This document shows positions 1 to 12,193 of a stretch of DNA of 64,000 bases, piece after piece. The notes beneath the pieces are model-generated. The model did not search any database, had not been told where the DNA came from, and saw only the letters and a program-made list of their open reading frames with translations. A program made the position numbers and the translations under genes. How positions within the stretch are numbered: the first letter of the stretch is position 1; every line of letters begins with the position of its first letter. Source of the DNA: Phoronis australis (taxonomy: Eukaryota > Animalia > Phoronida). The stretch spans positions 1,349,776 through 1,413,775 of the forward strand of contig NMRA01000024.1 of the NCBI GenBank assembly GCA_002633005.1, in the 5' to 3' direction.

Positions 1-489
1 CCAGGTATTTTTAGGGTTTATTCGTAAAGATTTTTAATTTCTGTTGACATCAAAGCATTCAATTTTAGTTTCAGATTTAAATAAATGATCTGTCAACTGC
101 TCACCATTTCTTTGATTTTTCTCCCACAAGGCAAAGCCCCGGCGTCTCCTAATTTGGCAAGTTGCAAGACATAGACGTAGCACATTTCCTAATATGAAAA
201 ATGTTACCTTTGATCTCAAACGACTTCAAGAAAGGAGTGTAAAGCAGCTGACTATGAGGGCACGCTCAATTTCATCGTAAGCGGGAGGGAGATTAGAAAC
301 TCTGTTGTAACCAAAAAGTTTTTCCTTCGCGGGTATTTCAATAATCGTGAATCATTTTGTCATTTTTCTGGAAATTTCCTCACAAGGAAAAATGAATTAC
401 TCCGTGCTAGACGTTGTGAGATGGTACTTTCGTCAGGAGTTGTTTAAAACATATTTTTGACGAGCTTTCGCGTTCTTTAAGCACTTTAA
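1..489. mobile_element. Right part of a Kolobok-like (TTAA) non-autonomous DNA transposon, cut by the window edge; same family as 8769-9334
   Basis: Colinear similarity to 8859-9334 (e.g. gatctgtcaactgctcacc, agacgtagcacatttcc, gagatggtacttt, ttgacgagctttcgcgttc); ends in ...gcactTTAA. Confidence 0.75.
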
Positions 490-791
490 AGTTTCATTAA
501 TAAGTTAGCGGGGTTTCCGTGGAGACCTCATTATATGTGGCGGCTGTTGAGTGAGACAGTACCCGTAATGCATGAGTCAGCTGTCACTCACCACGGCGGC
601 TATTTAAGGTGGTGGAGCATAACCAAGAATAAAAATCAAAACACAAAAGTCACATTTAATTCCGAAATGAACTAGCATGCGTTAAATATGATTTATGGTG
701 TTTGTAACTAAAATGAAGCGCAAGAAGTATATCTTTAACTGAAGCTGATATTAATTGTCTGGAGCCAACAAATGACTAAAGATCCCCGGCA

Positions 792-866
792 AGCCTTGAT
801 TTTATCAACATTAACGAGGTCACCGACGAATTCGCTGAAAGAAAGACACGCAAAAGACAGTTTTGA
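792..866 (+). pseudogene. Remnant of a hAT-type transposase C-terminus
   Basis: Translates SLDFININEVTDEFAERKTRKRQF*, resembling the 'd.deviDeFa..k.Rk' tail after the hAT dimerisation domain; in-frame stop at 777-779. Confidence 0.4.
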
Positions 867-2766
867 ACGTTTCGTGGATTACATTTCAAACCTCACTTTC
901 CTGTCTTATCAAGTTCTTGTTTCATAACGGAACATGTTTTCAAGAAAAAGTTTTGTCTCTGGTGAATGAGAATTCATTGTAGATTAGGCATACAGAGTGA
1001 AACAAGAACCTTCTGTCCTGGAAGGGGCGAGTTTTTTTTTGCATCGTTGCCTTCTGGCGTCAAGAACAGCCGTTGCTTCACTGCTTTGTGGTGTGCGTGG
1101 TGTTACAGGGTGAATCAAAGCATGTGATGACACGCGAGATCAGAAAACCATGTAGTTAAGGCGGTAATAAATCCGTGTTCAGTCGAAGAAACTAAATTTA
1201 GACTTAGGTAACTTGCCGCTATGAAATTGGTCTCAACTTGTTCCATACCACGAGAAGTAATTTTGACCTTGCAAAGCACTTACAGTTCATTACTGCTCGA
1301 CACATGATGCTCCGCGAATAAAATAACACGCCAACTTGTAGAGCCTATTCCAGTAATTATAAGCAATAGCCAGTTGTTTCCAAGCCCAGGAAGCACATCT
1401 GTTTTGACTAAGGAACAATTTGAGACCAATTTCGTAACTTTAAGTGGTCTGGATCACATTTAACGCTTTTCAATTGTGACGGAGACCCAGGTCTACGTTC
1501 TGTCGCTCTGGTCAACAGGGAAGTGAGAATGTCTACACGGAAACCAGGGCTTCATTTTTTGATGTTGGGAAATCTATTTCGTCGGATTTTTTCCAATCAA
1601 ATGGCTTGTCAATTGTCATGATTTGATGCTGTCGAGGCAATACTGAAACAAGTAGCACAAGGCCTGTGAAAGTTTTTGCGTTATTTTTTTACGAAAGAAT
1701 TTTGGTACTAGAACAGTTATAGCTATGCAAAAACTTAACAAACGTTCTTAACTAGCAGTCGTTACACGGTACGGAACCCTTTGCAAGATTGTTTGCTGCT
1801 AAAGTGATCGAGGAATGACGTCAAATGAAAAGCACTGTTAAAGACAATGACAACTTTCGTGAGATGACATGGTGTAACTTCTATTATGTAAGAAATAACT
1901 GTTATGCGGCAACCGGCTGGCGCCGGGTTTTTGGTGCTTCACGGAAGTGCGTAATAGTCAAATACTACGTCAGCGATTTAGTTTCTCGTCTAGTATGCTG
2001 TGGTAACCTGACTGTCAATCAACACCTGGACTACTGGGAAAACAGGGTGGCTGAGCCAATCCCAAATGATGAAAAATTAATATGCTTACTAGAGTCAATA
2101 CAAACTGTCTGCCCCCTCTGACAGGTGGCTGCATTTTTAAACGCAAATTTGTCAACCACTCGAAATCTGGAAGATGCGCATTTCAGTCATTTGTGATCAA
2201 GTTCGGACCGTTTTACTTATATAAATTTGTACATGTCATGCTGCCGTCAAGAGGCCTGTTTATCAGGAAATATGATGGAGGTCCTACTGTGTGGATAGAG
2301 AAATTACGGCATAAGAGCAGTTTCACGGCTATATATAATAATTGATTCAATATGGACTCAAATTTGTCATTTTTGAACTTTTGTTTTCTGGGATTGAATT
2401 CTTCGTAAAAAGTTAAGTTCTGATCAATTTTCCCATGGAATTGGGATAAAATAGCTAAAATAGATGCGTTAGGTTTCGGTTCTCGTTTGAGCGGCCGATA
2501 AATGATATTGATAGGTTCGTCATACACTTTGAACCATGGTAGATAATTGGCATACGAGTTGTGATGCCGTATAAAAGAGCACAGGAATGCTTAACAAAGG
2601 ACTAAATTGATAATTATCTGGTTTTAGCCTCGACTTTCAAACGAGAGGGGTTTGTAACCGTGTGCGTTGTTATGAGCTGTCGCTAGAGGTCAATATTGGG
2701 TTAACCAGACTGGTCCACGCATACGTCGTCGTTTGTAGAAAACAAAGGGTGTGTTGGCTCTTGATA

Positions 2767-3660
2767 TATAGGCGGATTTAGGGGGGGGGGNCGGATGAAA
2801 AAAGATTTAAATGTGTGCAGTTTTAGTGTTGGGGGGGGGGCTCAATTCAATTTCAAGTGTCAAATTCTGAACACGGAGCATTCGTAACGGAACAGGCTCT
2901 CCCGCGATATCCCAGGCGACCGGCAGTTGCGCTGCGCACTACGACTCCGTTTCCGTCGTCTGCTCCACTGGCTGTGCAATGAAGAAAATTTACTTCATTT
3001 TTTAAAGAAAATGGAACCTGAGTGATGATGAAAAAACAGAAGCTGCTGGTAAGATGGGAATTTTAATCGAAGCCTTAGTAAATCACTCAGAAACTCGCAA
3101 TACTCTCTTTGTCAAACCTTATCTTAAGACGATTTCCAAAGCAATTCTGTCATTATTGCCAACACGAAAAACGGATTTGGTCTTTTGGGCATTTGAAGAC
3201 TATTTTAAATACGACAAATTTGTGAAGAATTGATGGCACAAAATATAAAACGTGTAATAAGCATTACAAAAACAAGTAGGTTTCGCGCGCAAACGCTGTG
3301 GACCATGAACAAGTAGGTCTCTTAGTACTAGTGTAGTAGCTAAATCGTGGTGGTGTAGTGGTTATGCAAGTACACTCTAACCGCCGGGTCGTGAGTTCGA
3401 ATGTTTGAACTTTGCAGTTTTTCCTGTTTGACATGTTCACCGTTTTTCTTTTATTCTTGGATAATACTTCAGGAATCAAGGAAAACGCTTGATTTTTAGA
3501 GGTAAAAACAGAAAATTTCCTGGGCGGGAGGGTGGCAAACCCCCTTCCGACCTCCAACCATACGGTGCTATGCGCATCTACAATTGTGGTTCACTTTGCG
3601 CAAATGCTTACTGCCGGACAAAATGTTGGGCCCCCTTGTGATATCCTTGATCCGCCACTG
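2767..3660. mobile_element. Non-autonomous hAT-like element with GGCGGAT TIRs and a possible 6-bp TSD
   Basis: Left end tataggcggattt plus G-run; right end atccgccactg; flanks ttgata (2761-2766) and ctgata (3661-3666); an N at 2791 adds uncertainty. Confidence 0.5.
3346..3405 (+). mobile_element. tRNA-derived SINE-like head (Pol III A/B boxes)
   Basis: A box TGGTGTAGTGG (3351-3361) and B box GAGTTCGAAT (3393-3402) at tRNA-like spacing; no intact cloverleaf or acceptor stem. Confidence 0.45.
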
Positions 3661-5160
3661 CTGATATGATATTTACGTACCCTGTAGTGTCGAGTTTCTG
3701 TGTTCGTTGCGTCTCTTTTACTTTCTATGTAGTGTTACAACCTTGGTCAAGTTTACGTGTACTTAATGTTAATGAGCAAAAACTACGACCTGTTGATTAC
3801 AACAGCATTCATTCGACAATAACAAACTGGAGGTGTTTTCTAAGGATCTACAGTACTTGTCAAGGTCCGTGCATTCAAGAGCAATTGAAACAAAATTGAG
3901 TTCATTGGCATATAAGGAACTATTTTCAAAACAGGAAATCTACACAAAAATATAATATCATTTAAAAGTCTTTAATGCCATCATAATTTATCAGTGGCCT
4001 AATTTATTCACGCAAAGTCGTTTTCATCGAAGGCAATTCTTTTGTGCCCATAAATATGGCCTCAGTAGTTGCACAGGAAATGAAATTGCGTTTTTGAAGA
4101 CGCAAAACGTTATTTGAGTATTTGTACGAAACTGCAATGACACACTTATGTTACATTTTACAATTGTATGCATTTAAATTTTGAAACTTTAACATCCAAA
4201 TGGTGGATTACTTCATTCTGCGTACTCTCGCAGACTTGACATGATGTTTAGCGTCTAAGCGGATGTCATCCAGATACCCATCCACTGCTTGTGGTTCTTG
4301 TCTGACATCAAGCCTAAGGTCGACCTCGCGCTTTTCTTAACTTAGACGCAGAATGTGGCCAAGAGTGGTCTGTTGAGGAACTTCATTTTTTCGTATTGTC
4401 TGAGAGTTTAGCTAATTGTTACACTTCGCAGGTGTTCAGTGTACATTTGCTTTAAAGTGACAGGTGTTATGCATAAATCATAATGACAAATAATTTGTCG
4501 AAATCCAGCCCAGGTTTGGATGCAATGTGACGGGCACTTACTCCAATAGCAAAAGCCACTGGATTTTTTTAAAAAATGCAATTTTGGCAAACATCGGGTC
4601 CTAAGTTTTTGAGAGTTTACGTTTTCATGAAAGTATTGTGATTTAAATTGTTATGCATTTTTTCAAAATAAGCACGTGTGTGCGGACAATACAAAACAAG
4701 TGCAATAAAAAATATATAATAAAACACCAATATCCAACGGTATACAAATATGGACCGATCTCGAAGGTGATGGTAACCTATACTTCCAACGTAAAAGCAC
4801 CCCTTACTGCACGTTGGCATTTCGCGGATAAAACAACTATCTGGCCCATTTTATCGAAGATCATACGTTAGACCGCATGCAGTTTACGTCGCACTTTATA
4901 GGAACGAAACATTTCAAGCCCTACGTTAATTCGACATAAGTAAGCAACTACAATAAATATTGTGGCAATAAAAAACTACTGCACCTACGTGAGACTTTCG
5001 ACAAAATGTGACCCAGAATTGTCGATACCGCATTAACGTCAACTACAATGCCAGTATGGTGTTGCATATGCATAGTCAGTAGACAAAATGTATGTGTACA
5101 TCTCCATTCGTGATTCTGAATAAGCGCCGAAAGCTGAAACAAAATATTTCAATGTCACCG

Positions 5161-6111
5161 TCACCCCAGCCGACTAACAGCCGAGCTCGAAAATCCCATT
5201 CTACGTGTTTGGTAACGATACGAGTTTTTCAACTCGTCATCACTGTCCTCTAAGTGGTCCTTGTGGTTTTCGTTTTTAGAATGCTTCGATGGTTCGTGAT
5301 TGAACTTTCTGACGTTCAACATGGGAGACAAATTTGGCACGGTTACAGTGCTGTTCGAACGTTCAAATTTCTTGGAATGTTGCTTCAGTTTTTCCATAGC
5401 TGCCGTTTGTTTCTTGCCATCGGAACCAATGACAGCTATTGGGTTGTTGAAATTGAGTAAACTGAGAATAGCGCTAGAAGAAGACCTTCGATACTTTCGC
5501 CTCCTCAGAAACATAAAGTATGGCTGCATAAAAACTTCCTTGAATACGTCGGCAATGTTCCTGTTTTCCTTTGCCGAAGTTTCCACGTGCCCGTTTCCCC
5601 AATCTATTGCAGTCATAGACGCTGTCTCCTGAGGTATTTTTCTTTTTCCCAACAAACCGAGGTCTGACTTATTGCCGACAAATACAATCGCTGGCGTGAC
5701 TGTGTCGGATTCTCTTTCGATCAAAATCTCTTTTCGTAGACGTTTCGCTTCCTCGTAACTGTCTTCGTTATCCACTGAATATACTAAAACGAAGGCGTCG
5801 CCACAGTGAATCGCGAGACGCCTCATGGCAGGAAACGGATAACTACCGGTGGTGTCCAAAATGTCTAGCTTCACGCGCGATCCATCCACCTCGTAAAATC
5901 CATGGTGCATATCCTCAATTGTTGGGATATGCTCGATACAAAAATCCCTCCCCAGAAATTGAGATATTATATTCGTTTTGCCAACACCGGCTGCACCAAG
6001 GAAAACGACCCGATACGTTTCCTGAAACTTGCAGCCGATATCTCCGCGAGTGATATGCACTGAGCTTTTCTTTTCTACGTCTTTGCGTCGTGGTTTATTC
6101 CTCCTCAGCAT
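5161..6111 (-). CDS. Intronless Ras-family small GTPase, Rhes/Dexras1 (RASD)/Di-Ras-like, 316 aa
   Basis: G1 GAAGVGKT, G2 PTIED, G3 DTTG followed by SYPFPAMRRLAI (RASD-type), G4 NKSD, G5 ETSAK. The ORF-track start at 6144 is TTG; the first ATG is 6111 and an in-frame TGA lies at 6178-6180. Confidence 0.93.
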   Translation of the reverse strand: MLRRNKPRRKDVEKKSSVHITRGDIGCKFQETYRVVFLGAAGVGKTNIISQFLGRDFCIEHIPTIEDMHHGFYEVDGSRVKLDILDTTGSYPFPAMRRLAIHCGDAFVLVYSVDNEDSYEEAKRLRKEILIERESDTVTPAIVFVGNKSDLGLLGKRKIPQETASMTAIDWGNGHVETSAKENRNIADVFKEVFMQPYFMFLRRRKYRRSSSSAILSLLNFNNPIAVIGSDGKKQTAAMEKLKQHSKKFERSNSTVTVPNLSPMLNVRKFNHEPSKHSKNENHKDHLEDSDDELKNSYRYQTRRMGFSSSAVSRLG

Positions 6112-6444
6112 GTTTCTCGTGAACACGATCTCTAACGCAATCAAAAATTCATCTCGTATTAAATACGTACTCGTGTATCAGGGCACCCTTCTTTTCCAAA
6201 TGTTTTCAAGCACCCACCTGATTGCACTTTCGAATAGTAAGTTCAAGTCGATGTGTCTGTAGTCCGCGGAACCAACGAAAACTTTGCTCTATCAGTTTCA
6301 CCTCACATGCACGAACGACGCAACTTTGCCGATGCCGCAAACAATTGTCGATGTCGTCAATCGCTTGCTGGTGGTAGATCCGTTATTGACGATTGGCTTA
6401 CTCAGACAACGACTAACACGTTCTGGTTAAAGGAGCGAGCGTGA

Positions 6445-6545
6445 GCAGATTATAACAGTTCTTGCACTATAATTAATTGCAATACCAAGCACGACTGGCC
6501 AATCAAAACAATCGGTGATAGGTGCGCTACCCAACTACGTCATCA
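6445..6545 (-). promoter_or_regulatory. Candidate promoter of the RASD-like gene
   Basis: TATA-like TATAAT ~6450-6455 (minus), CCAAT 6499-6503, CRE-like TGACGTAG 6535-6542 (minus); short motifs only. Confidence 0.25.
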
Positions 6546-8768
6546 CACGCAAAGCGAAAACCGGTAGCTGAGAAAACATGTTGATAAATCGGAACGCAAT
6601 TATAATGTAAAACATTACGGGTGATAAGATTCATATTTCGCAAGGGGTTAGTGCATTGGGGTTGTCGAATCTGATACACTTCATTTGATTATGCGCTTTA
6701 TCTAATCAAAGTACAGTAAAGTATCAAAACCGAATTAATTGGACTCTGAAATGCTATGCCGAGCATAAACAAAATGAAAAGAGATTTCAAACCTCAGCTG
6801 AGACTGAGATAAGATAAGTTAGATCATACTGCAAATCTAATCTCATCGGAAAGTATTGACAATTTCTTGCCACAAATCATGGGATACGGAACACGCCAGT
6901 ACACCAAACAAATACCGCATTTATTAGCTCGGCCAAGCGGGTTTCTTGGATGTTTTCAAGGAACCACAAAAACAATTTTGATGAAGTTACGGGCATGTGG
7001 GCAATCTCATTTGCAATATCTTTCAACTTCAAATTTTCTTCACTTATTAGTTTTGCATTTCATACGTGTTACACCTTGTTTTATGTACGCACGTGGCCGT
7101 CATTATAATAAGCTCGGATTAATTTGGTAATCCCATTATTGAGAGGTAGCTGACAAGACTTTTCACACAATTATCGATCTGCTTACGGCGGATTACAATA
7201 TTGCAGTTTTATAATAACTAGCTGCTTTAATTCCATTAAAAATTTCAAAAGCGCTATGGTATCGAATTTTTGTGGCTGCCTACCCTCTTCAAAGTTTTCA
7301 CAAGAGTTCAACCTAGAAAAAAAATAAAAAGGCAGAAAAAACTAAATTAAATCTGTATTTGGCCCTGTTTTCAACTGCCGTTTAAACATATTTGGAGTTA
7401 TTAAGCGTTCGGAAGAAAAACCAAGACCCGATATGAGATGTACTCACAGGAATTGTCACGAGAGAGGTCTTTTTTAACGGAATTCCCAGCGCGCCATTTT
7501 CGATGGTTCTCCGACGCATTTCTTGACACATTGAGGGTTTGTATGTTATTTTTGGTAACAGAGAACAAGTTCTATCATGGTAAAAATAGTTCGAGACCGT
7601 TTTTATATTAGTGAAAGCCTGGTTCGATTTACGCTTTTTAACCAAGGTAAACAAGGCAAAATGTAATTCAAGCAAAAAGTAAGCGAGCTCTGAATATCCA
7701 CGTCAATCATTTCAATACAGAGAGAATTGATAAAGACCATGGACTATAGCACATGGGCCGCCAACTCCGTATATTTTCAATGAACGAACTCTGTGGGTCT
7801 CACGCATAAGCCGTGACATCATTATTCACTAGCGACACTTGGCAGGTATAGCACGCATTACTTCCAGCAAGTACGTTGTCTGCTAATCATAGCCGATGTC
7901 GATCGGCGATTTTACCCAACTCACATTCGTGTTTAAATAAACTGAACGCTCGTAAAACGTTAACTTCCTAGATAAAATTCATATTAATACTCCAGATATA
8001 ACCACTAGGCCTACTCAAAAACCAACGCCTCGCACTTCAACTGCAGTTTAGTTGACGCTTCATTTTAAGCTCGAGTGAATGTACACCGGTGCGGCTCAAA
8101 ATTTCCGGACACTACTGCTGGAAGACCTTGAACAATGTTTCAATGCGAAATTATTATTTTTCGTTGTACTGGGCAGTAAAATAGATGGAACAATTTCACG
8201 TCACAATACACTAACCGGAAGCTGAGCTTGCTGTTTAGAGGGTGGCGCCGCCTTTAGGATATTTCGAAAGAAAATGTCGGAGTTGCAAATTCGTTGTCCA
8301 TAATTTATGATAAAGACTGAAGGTGTTTGAAGCAGGCCCGAGTGCATGTTTGTCAATGCCGGCCACATCCGTCTACGACAGACAGCGCGAAGACACAGAT
8401 TGTGGCTATTTCAAAAGCTTATTGCAGTGTTTTGACGCCCCCTGTTTGAATATGACTTTTCCATCTGAACACATCCGTCTGTCATGACGATAGACAAAGC
8501 AACTTGCTTACATGTCTTTCGAACTTAATGTGTCTTCGATATCGACGACTTAGGTGTCTATTTCACTGTAATTTCACAGATCAATACAGTCTTTCATTAT
8601 CTAGTTCTGTCGTTTCCCACGCACCGTCAATTACTAGATGAATCGTACATCAGTAATTAAGGAACTGTTATTAGTTAGTTACTTATAAGATATATTATTT
8701 TTCCTCCATTTTACTCAAAATTTTATTTTTCGGGTTGGTGATACTATTTCCAGTTGTTTTCACCTGAG

Positions 8769-9334
8769 TTAAAGAGGCCTGGAACGCGATAAACAGACTA
8801 AATTGCAATATTGAAAGTGGTTCTTTGCCACTGAAACACTCAGAATTCAATCTGCTCACCAGGTATTTTTTGGGTTTGTACCTAAAGATTTTTAATTTAT
8901 GTCGCTACCACAGCATTCTTGTTTAGTATCAAATTTCAAAAAAAAAAAGCGATCTGTCAACTGCTCACCGTTTTGTCGATTTTTCTCCCACAAGGAAAAG
9001 CCCGTCTCCTTATTTAGTATGACAAGACACAGACGTAGCACATTTCCCTTATACGGAAAATGCGACCTTTGACCTCAAGCGACTTCAAGCAACGGACTGT
9101 GAGCGCATGCCCACGTTTATCATAAGTGGGAGCATGGTGGGAGGAAGATTAGGAAACTCTGTGACAAACAAAAAATCTTTCCTTCAAAAGTCGTATATCA
9201 ATTTTGTGACTTTTTTCTGGAAATTTCCTCACAGGGGAAAGTTAATTACTCTGAATAGACGTTGCGAGATGGTACTTTTGTCAGGAATTGTTTAAAACAT
9301 TTTTGACGAGCTTTCGCGTTCCATGCATCTTTAA
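8769..9334. mobile_element. Complete Kolobok-like MITE with TTAA TSDs
   Basis: TTAA|AGAGGCCTGGAACGCGA ... TCGCGTTCCATGCATCT|TTAA (15/17 TIR match), RR..YY termini; second copy at 1-489. Confidence 0.8.
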
Positions 9335-9419
9335 AATTCAGTACGTTGGACCAGTCGCCGAAACACGTATCGTCAGAATATCAAGTATTATTAAACAAAA
9401 CATTGCAGGCGGTTTCATG

Positions 9420-9560
9420 ACTGTTGAGTCCTCGGTCCCGGTTCAAGAGGGGCGCTGACTGTTGATGTTTAAGGCCTCTTTGAACTTACGAGTAAGCCAA
9501 TTTTGTTCCTTGGCTAGGATCTTGGATGACGAAAGAGAGATGGAATGCCGCGAAAGGCGG
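9420..9560 (-). mobile_element. Penelope-like retroelement fragment (GIY-YIG C-terminal end), frameshifted
   Basis: Minus-strand translation HSISLSSSKILAKEQNWLTRKFKEALNINSQRP/LNRDRG matches the Penelope 'KIL..E..w..R..KEA..I....P.LNRD.G' motif. Confidence 0.75.
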
Positions 9561-9575
9561 TAATTCCCTCATTCA

Positions 9576-9609
9576 CCGATAAAGACCTGGCGGACCAGGT
9601 CGAAACGTC
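9576..9609 (+). ncRNA. Degenerate minimal hammerhead ribozyme motif (Penelope-type)
   Basis: CCGATAA-A-GACCTGG-CGGA-CCAGGTC-GAAA-CGTC: perfect 7-bp stem II and GAAA-C-GUC, but core CUGANGA is mutated to CCGAUAA. Confidence 0.5.
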
Positions 9610-12193
9610 TCAAAACAACATAAGTAAGTGACCTTCTTTATATACCACAATGCCTCCAGAGACCAATGACGAACTGTTCTCCAGATCTCTCTACTCCAGG
9701 TCATTTTTCTCACTTGATATCATCTCCAACAACGTGGCGTTCCACCAAGTCTTCGGAATCTTTTTGGGACAGTGGGTGGACTGTTCACAATTTTGGACCA
9801 TCCCCAAATCGCACACCTTGTAAGATTAATCAAATTTTATGGAATTTGTAAATAATAAACTCAACTTCTTTCAGTAATATCAAGACAAAAATGTGCTACC
9901 GAATGTTACAAAAACCGTGTCTCCACCTCATGCCAATCCAGTTAGGGATTTTTTTATTGTATATTTAGGATTTTCTTTGCATTTTCCTCTTTCTATCGAA
10001 AAGCGCGTCCATCGAAAAATTTGTACCAATTTTTGTGGCGGCCACGTGTTTTCTGGTGCACTACGCAGAGTGTACCTCCAGGTACCCACCAATGTTTGCC
10101 ACCATGGGAGGTGAACCAAATCAAAAACTAAAGTACCTTTTCGCATCTCAGTGGCTCCCAGAGTACTCCGAAATTTGTATTTGCTCTTCCCTGGAAAGAT
10201 GAAAGGATCGTCCATCTAAATCTGACCTCGCTATATCACGAAATGAACTCGGTAGCCCGAGACGTGTGGCCTCTTCGCACAGTCGTCACCGTCCATGACA
10301 GCGTTTTACCGTTCAGTGACTTTACCAGACGAAGAGGGTTCTGAGCATGTGATAACATCTAGCTTCTTTGTTACCTGCCAAGCAAAGCCTTTTGTCTGTT
10401 ATGACAACAGGCAGGTCAATTATCTACCAGGCTTATTACAGACCACGTGTGAACATCGTCAAACCCAGAGCGAATTGGTACATTCAAAAAGAATAGATTA
10501 TTGTAACTTCGGTTGCAGTTGGGCTATTTTGGAGATTCAAAAACTATAAATGATCATCATTAGACGAGGATTTCAAAAATGCTATTGGTTTATGATCAAT
10601 TTAACTTTTATTTTTAACAGCACAGCCCAGTCTGGCTAGATACGACCTTTGAAGGTTAGAGCAATTATCGAACAGAGAGCTGGCCCTCCAACCATGAATG
10701 CCAGATCGAATGGAGTTAATCAGTCGTGTAAGAGATTGGCTACAGGGGTAAACTTCCCAACTTGTTGTTGGGCTATAGAATCGAACAAGTTGGGAGCAAC
10801 GGGAAAACGCTGTAATGTCATTAATTCGCCATAAAGCGTTGGTCACGCATGTTCATTTAGAATATTTATTTGTGAGATGTCTACTGAGCATTGCTTTGTC
10901 GGATACAAGTGTTCAGTCGGCGTTAATATCCGTTTTTAGTGAAAATCCGAGTTTCGAATCCTTTTAATGTTGGTCATGAAACTATTAGGCCTATACTTGC
11001 ATTTGGGGTGTATGCCTGGGGGACTCGCCGATAACCGGAACTGGTCTAGACAAAGGTATCTCCCCGCTCCACCTATTCTGGTAGGTTGCTTACGGAGTGT
11101 TTCGGCCTTGTCTACCGGTAACATCTTCTTTGGGTGCAGAATCGAGGGAAGTGGCGAAACGAAGGACAGAGACGGCGAAAGAGGGATTGCATTTTCTCAT
11201 TTTCTTCAATGTGTTCTTTTTCCGTCATTTGGTATAATCTAGAGAACCTATTTTCCAGGGCGCCCAGGCACCACGTTGGTCTGAATTTTGCCGATGTGGT
11301 AGCAGCCCCGGACCACTCATAACGTGGAAGAGTCGGCGGCCGAAAGCGTAAATTAAAATGTTGTAATTATTTCCTTACGTCTACCCGTATTACGCAGGTG
11401 TCATGAGGAAAACTCAGTTTCAATTCATAATTGCACATTTACCATGCAGGTAATAAAGGAAACCGGCAATTTAGACAAAGGGAGTGATTTAACTCTCATA
11501 CTGACATTGAGCGCACCAGAAAGAGGCCATTACACTGGATTAAAACATGTGTGGAAACGACCGTACAATTTCGTATATTTTGCATTAAAAATAAATAAAA
11601 TCAGCACAAAAATACACTGGGCTCGCGCCCCCTACAAGTAGCTCAGCTGACATAAGAAGCAAAAACGTCCTGGCTCAAACTGCAAATTAACTACACAGCG
11701 CGTCCGGCACTTGCAGCTCAGTTTTATTGTCAACACAAAACCTTCATCGTCAATCATTCACACACTTTTATACATGTAGCATGAGTTTGTTAATGATGAT
11801 TATGGTGAAATGGCAGTGATTTTCTAATGAACAGAACTCAATAGCCAGGATAGCGATGAAAGTCGAGATGAGAAGCGAAGTAAGTGGTCAGGTCGGTCAC
11901 GTGCTGTACGCCAAGATGGCGAGCTTTGTACGGCTGGCCAGGCTCGGGTTTAATGACAGGCGGGTGGCATTTGAGGCTAGAGATAAATTAATAGATGAAC
12001 AAGCAAGAAAATGACAACTACTGTGCTGAGATGATTTACCAATGCTGCGCTTTTATGTTTGCATGATCAATCTGTATTTATTTCCAGGCCCGTAGGAAGG
12101 CAAAAATTATTGGGGAGGGGGAAACAAACCATTTCGACTTCGTCAAACAACACCCCTCCCCCCATCGCCACCAACTCCTCCACCCCACCAGTG

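Noticed and set aside
1825-2527. Three ~90-100 aa ORFs
   Set aside because: No recognisable domains or splice-supported continuity; consistent with chance ORFs in repeat DNA
3346-3405. Functional tRNA gene
   Set aside because: A and B boxes are present but there is no acceptor or anticodon stem pairing, and it lies inside a repeat
6112-6144. ORF-track N-terminus MIALEIVFTRN
   Set aside because: Begins at TTG; the first ATG is at 6111
5254-6262. Plus-strand ORFs 5254-5460, 5300-5632 and 6029-6262
   Set aside because: Antisense shadows of the GTPase CDS with non-ATG starts and no recognisable motifs
11258-11285. tRNA-Lys primer-binding site of an LTR element
   Set aside because: Only a partial match, with no paired LTRs or gag/pol motifs nearby
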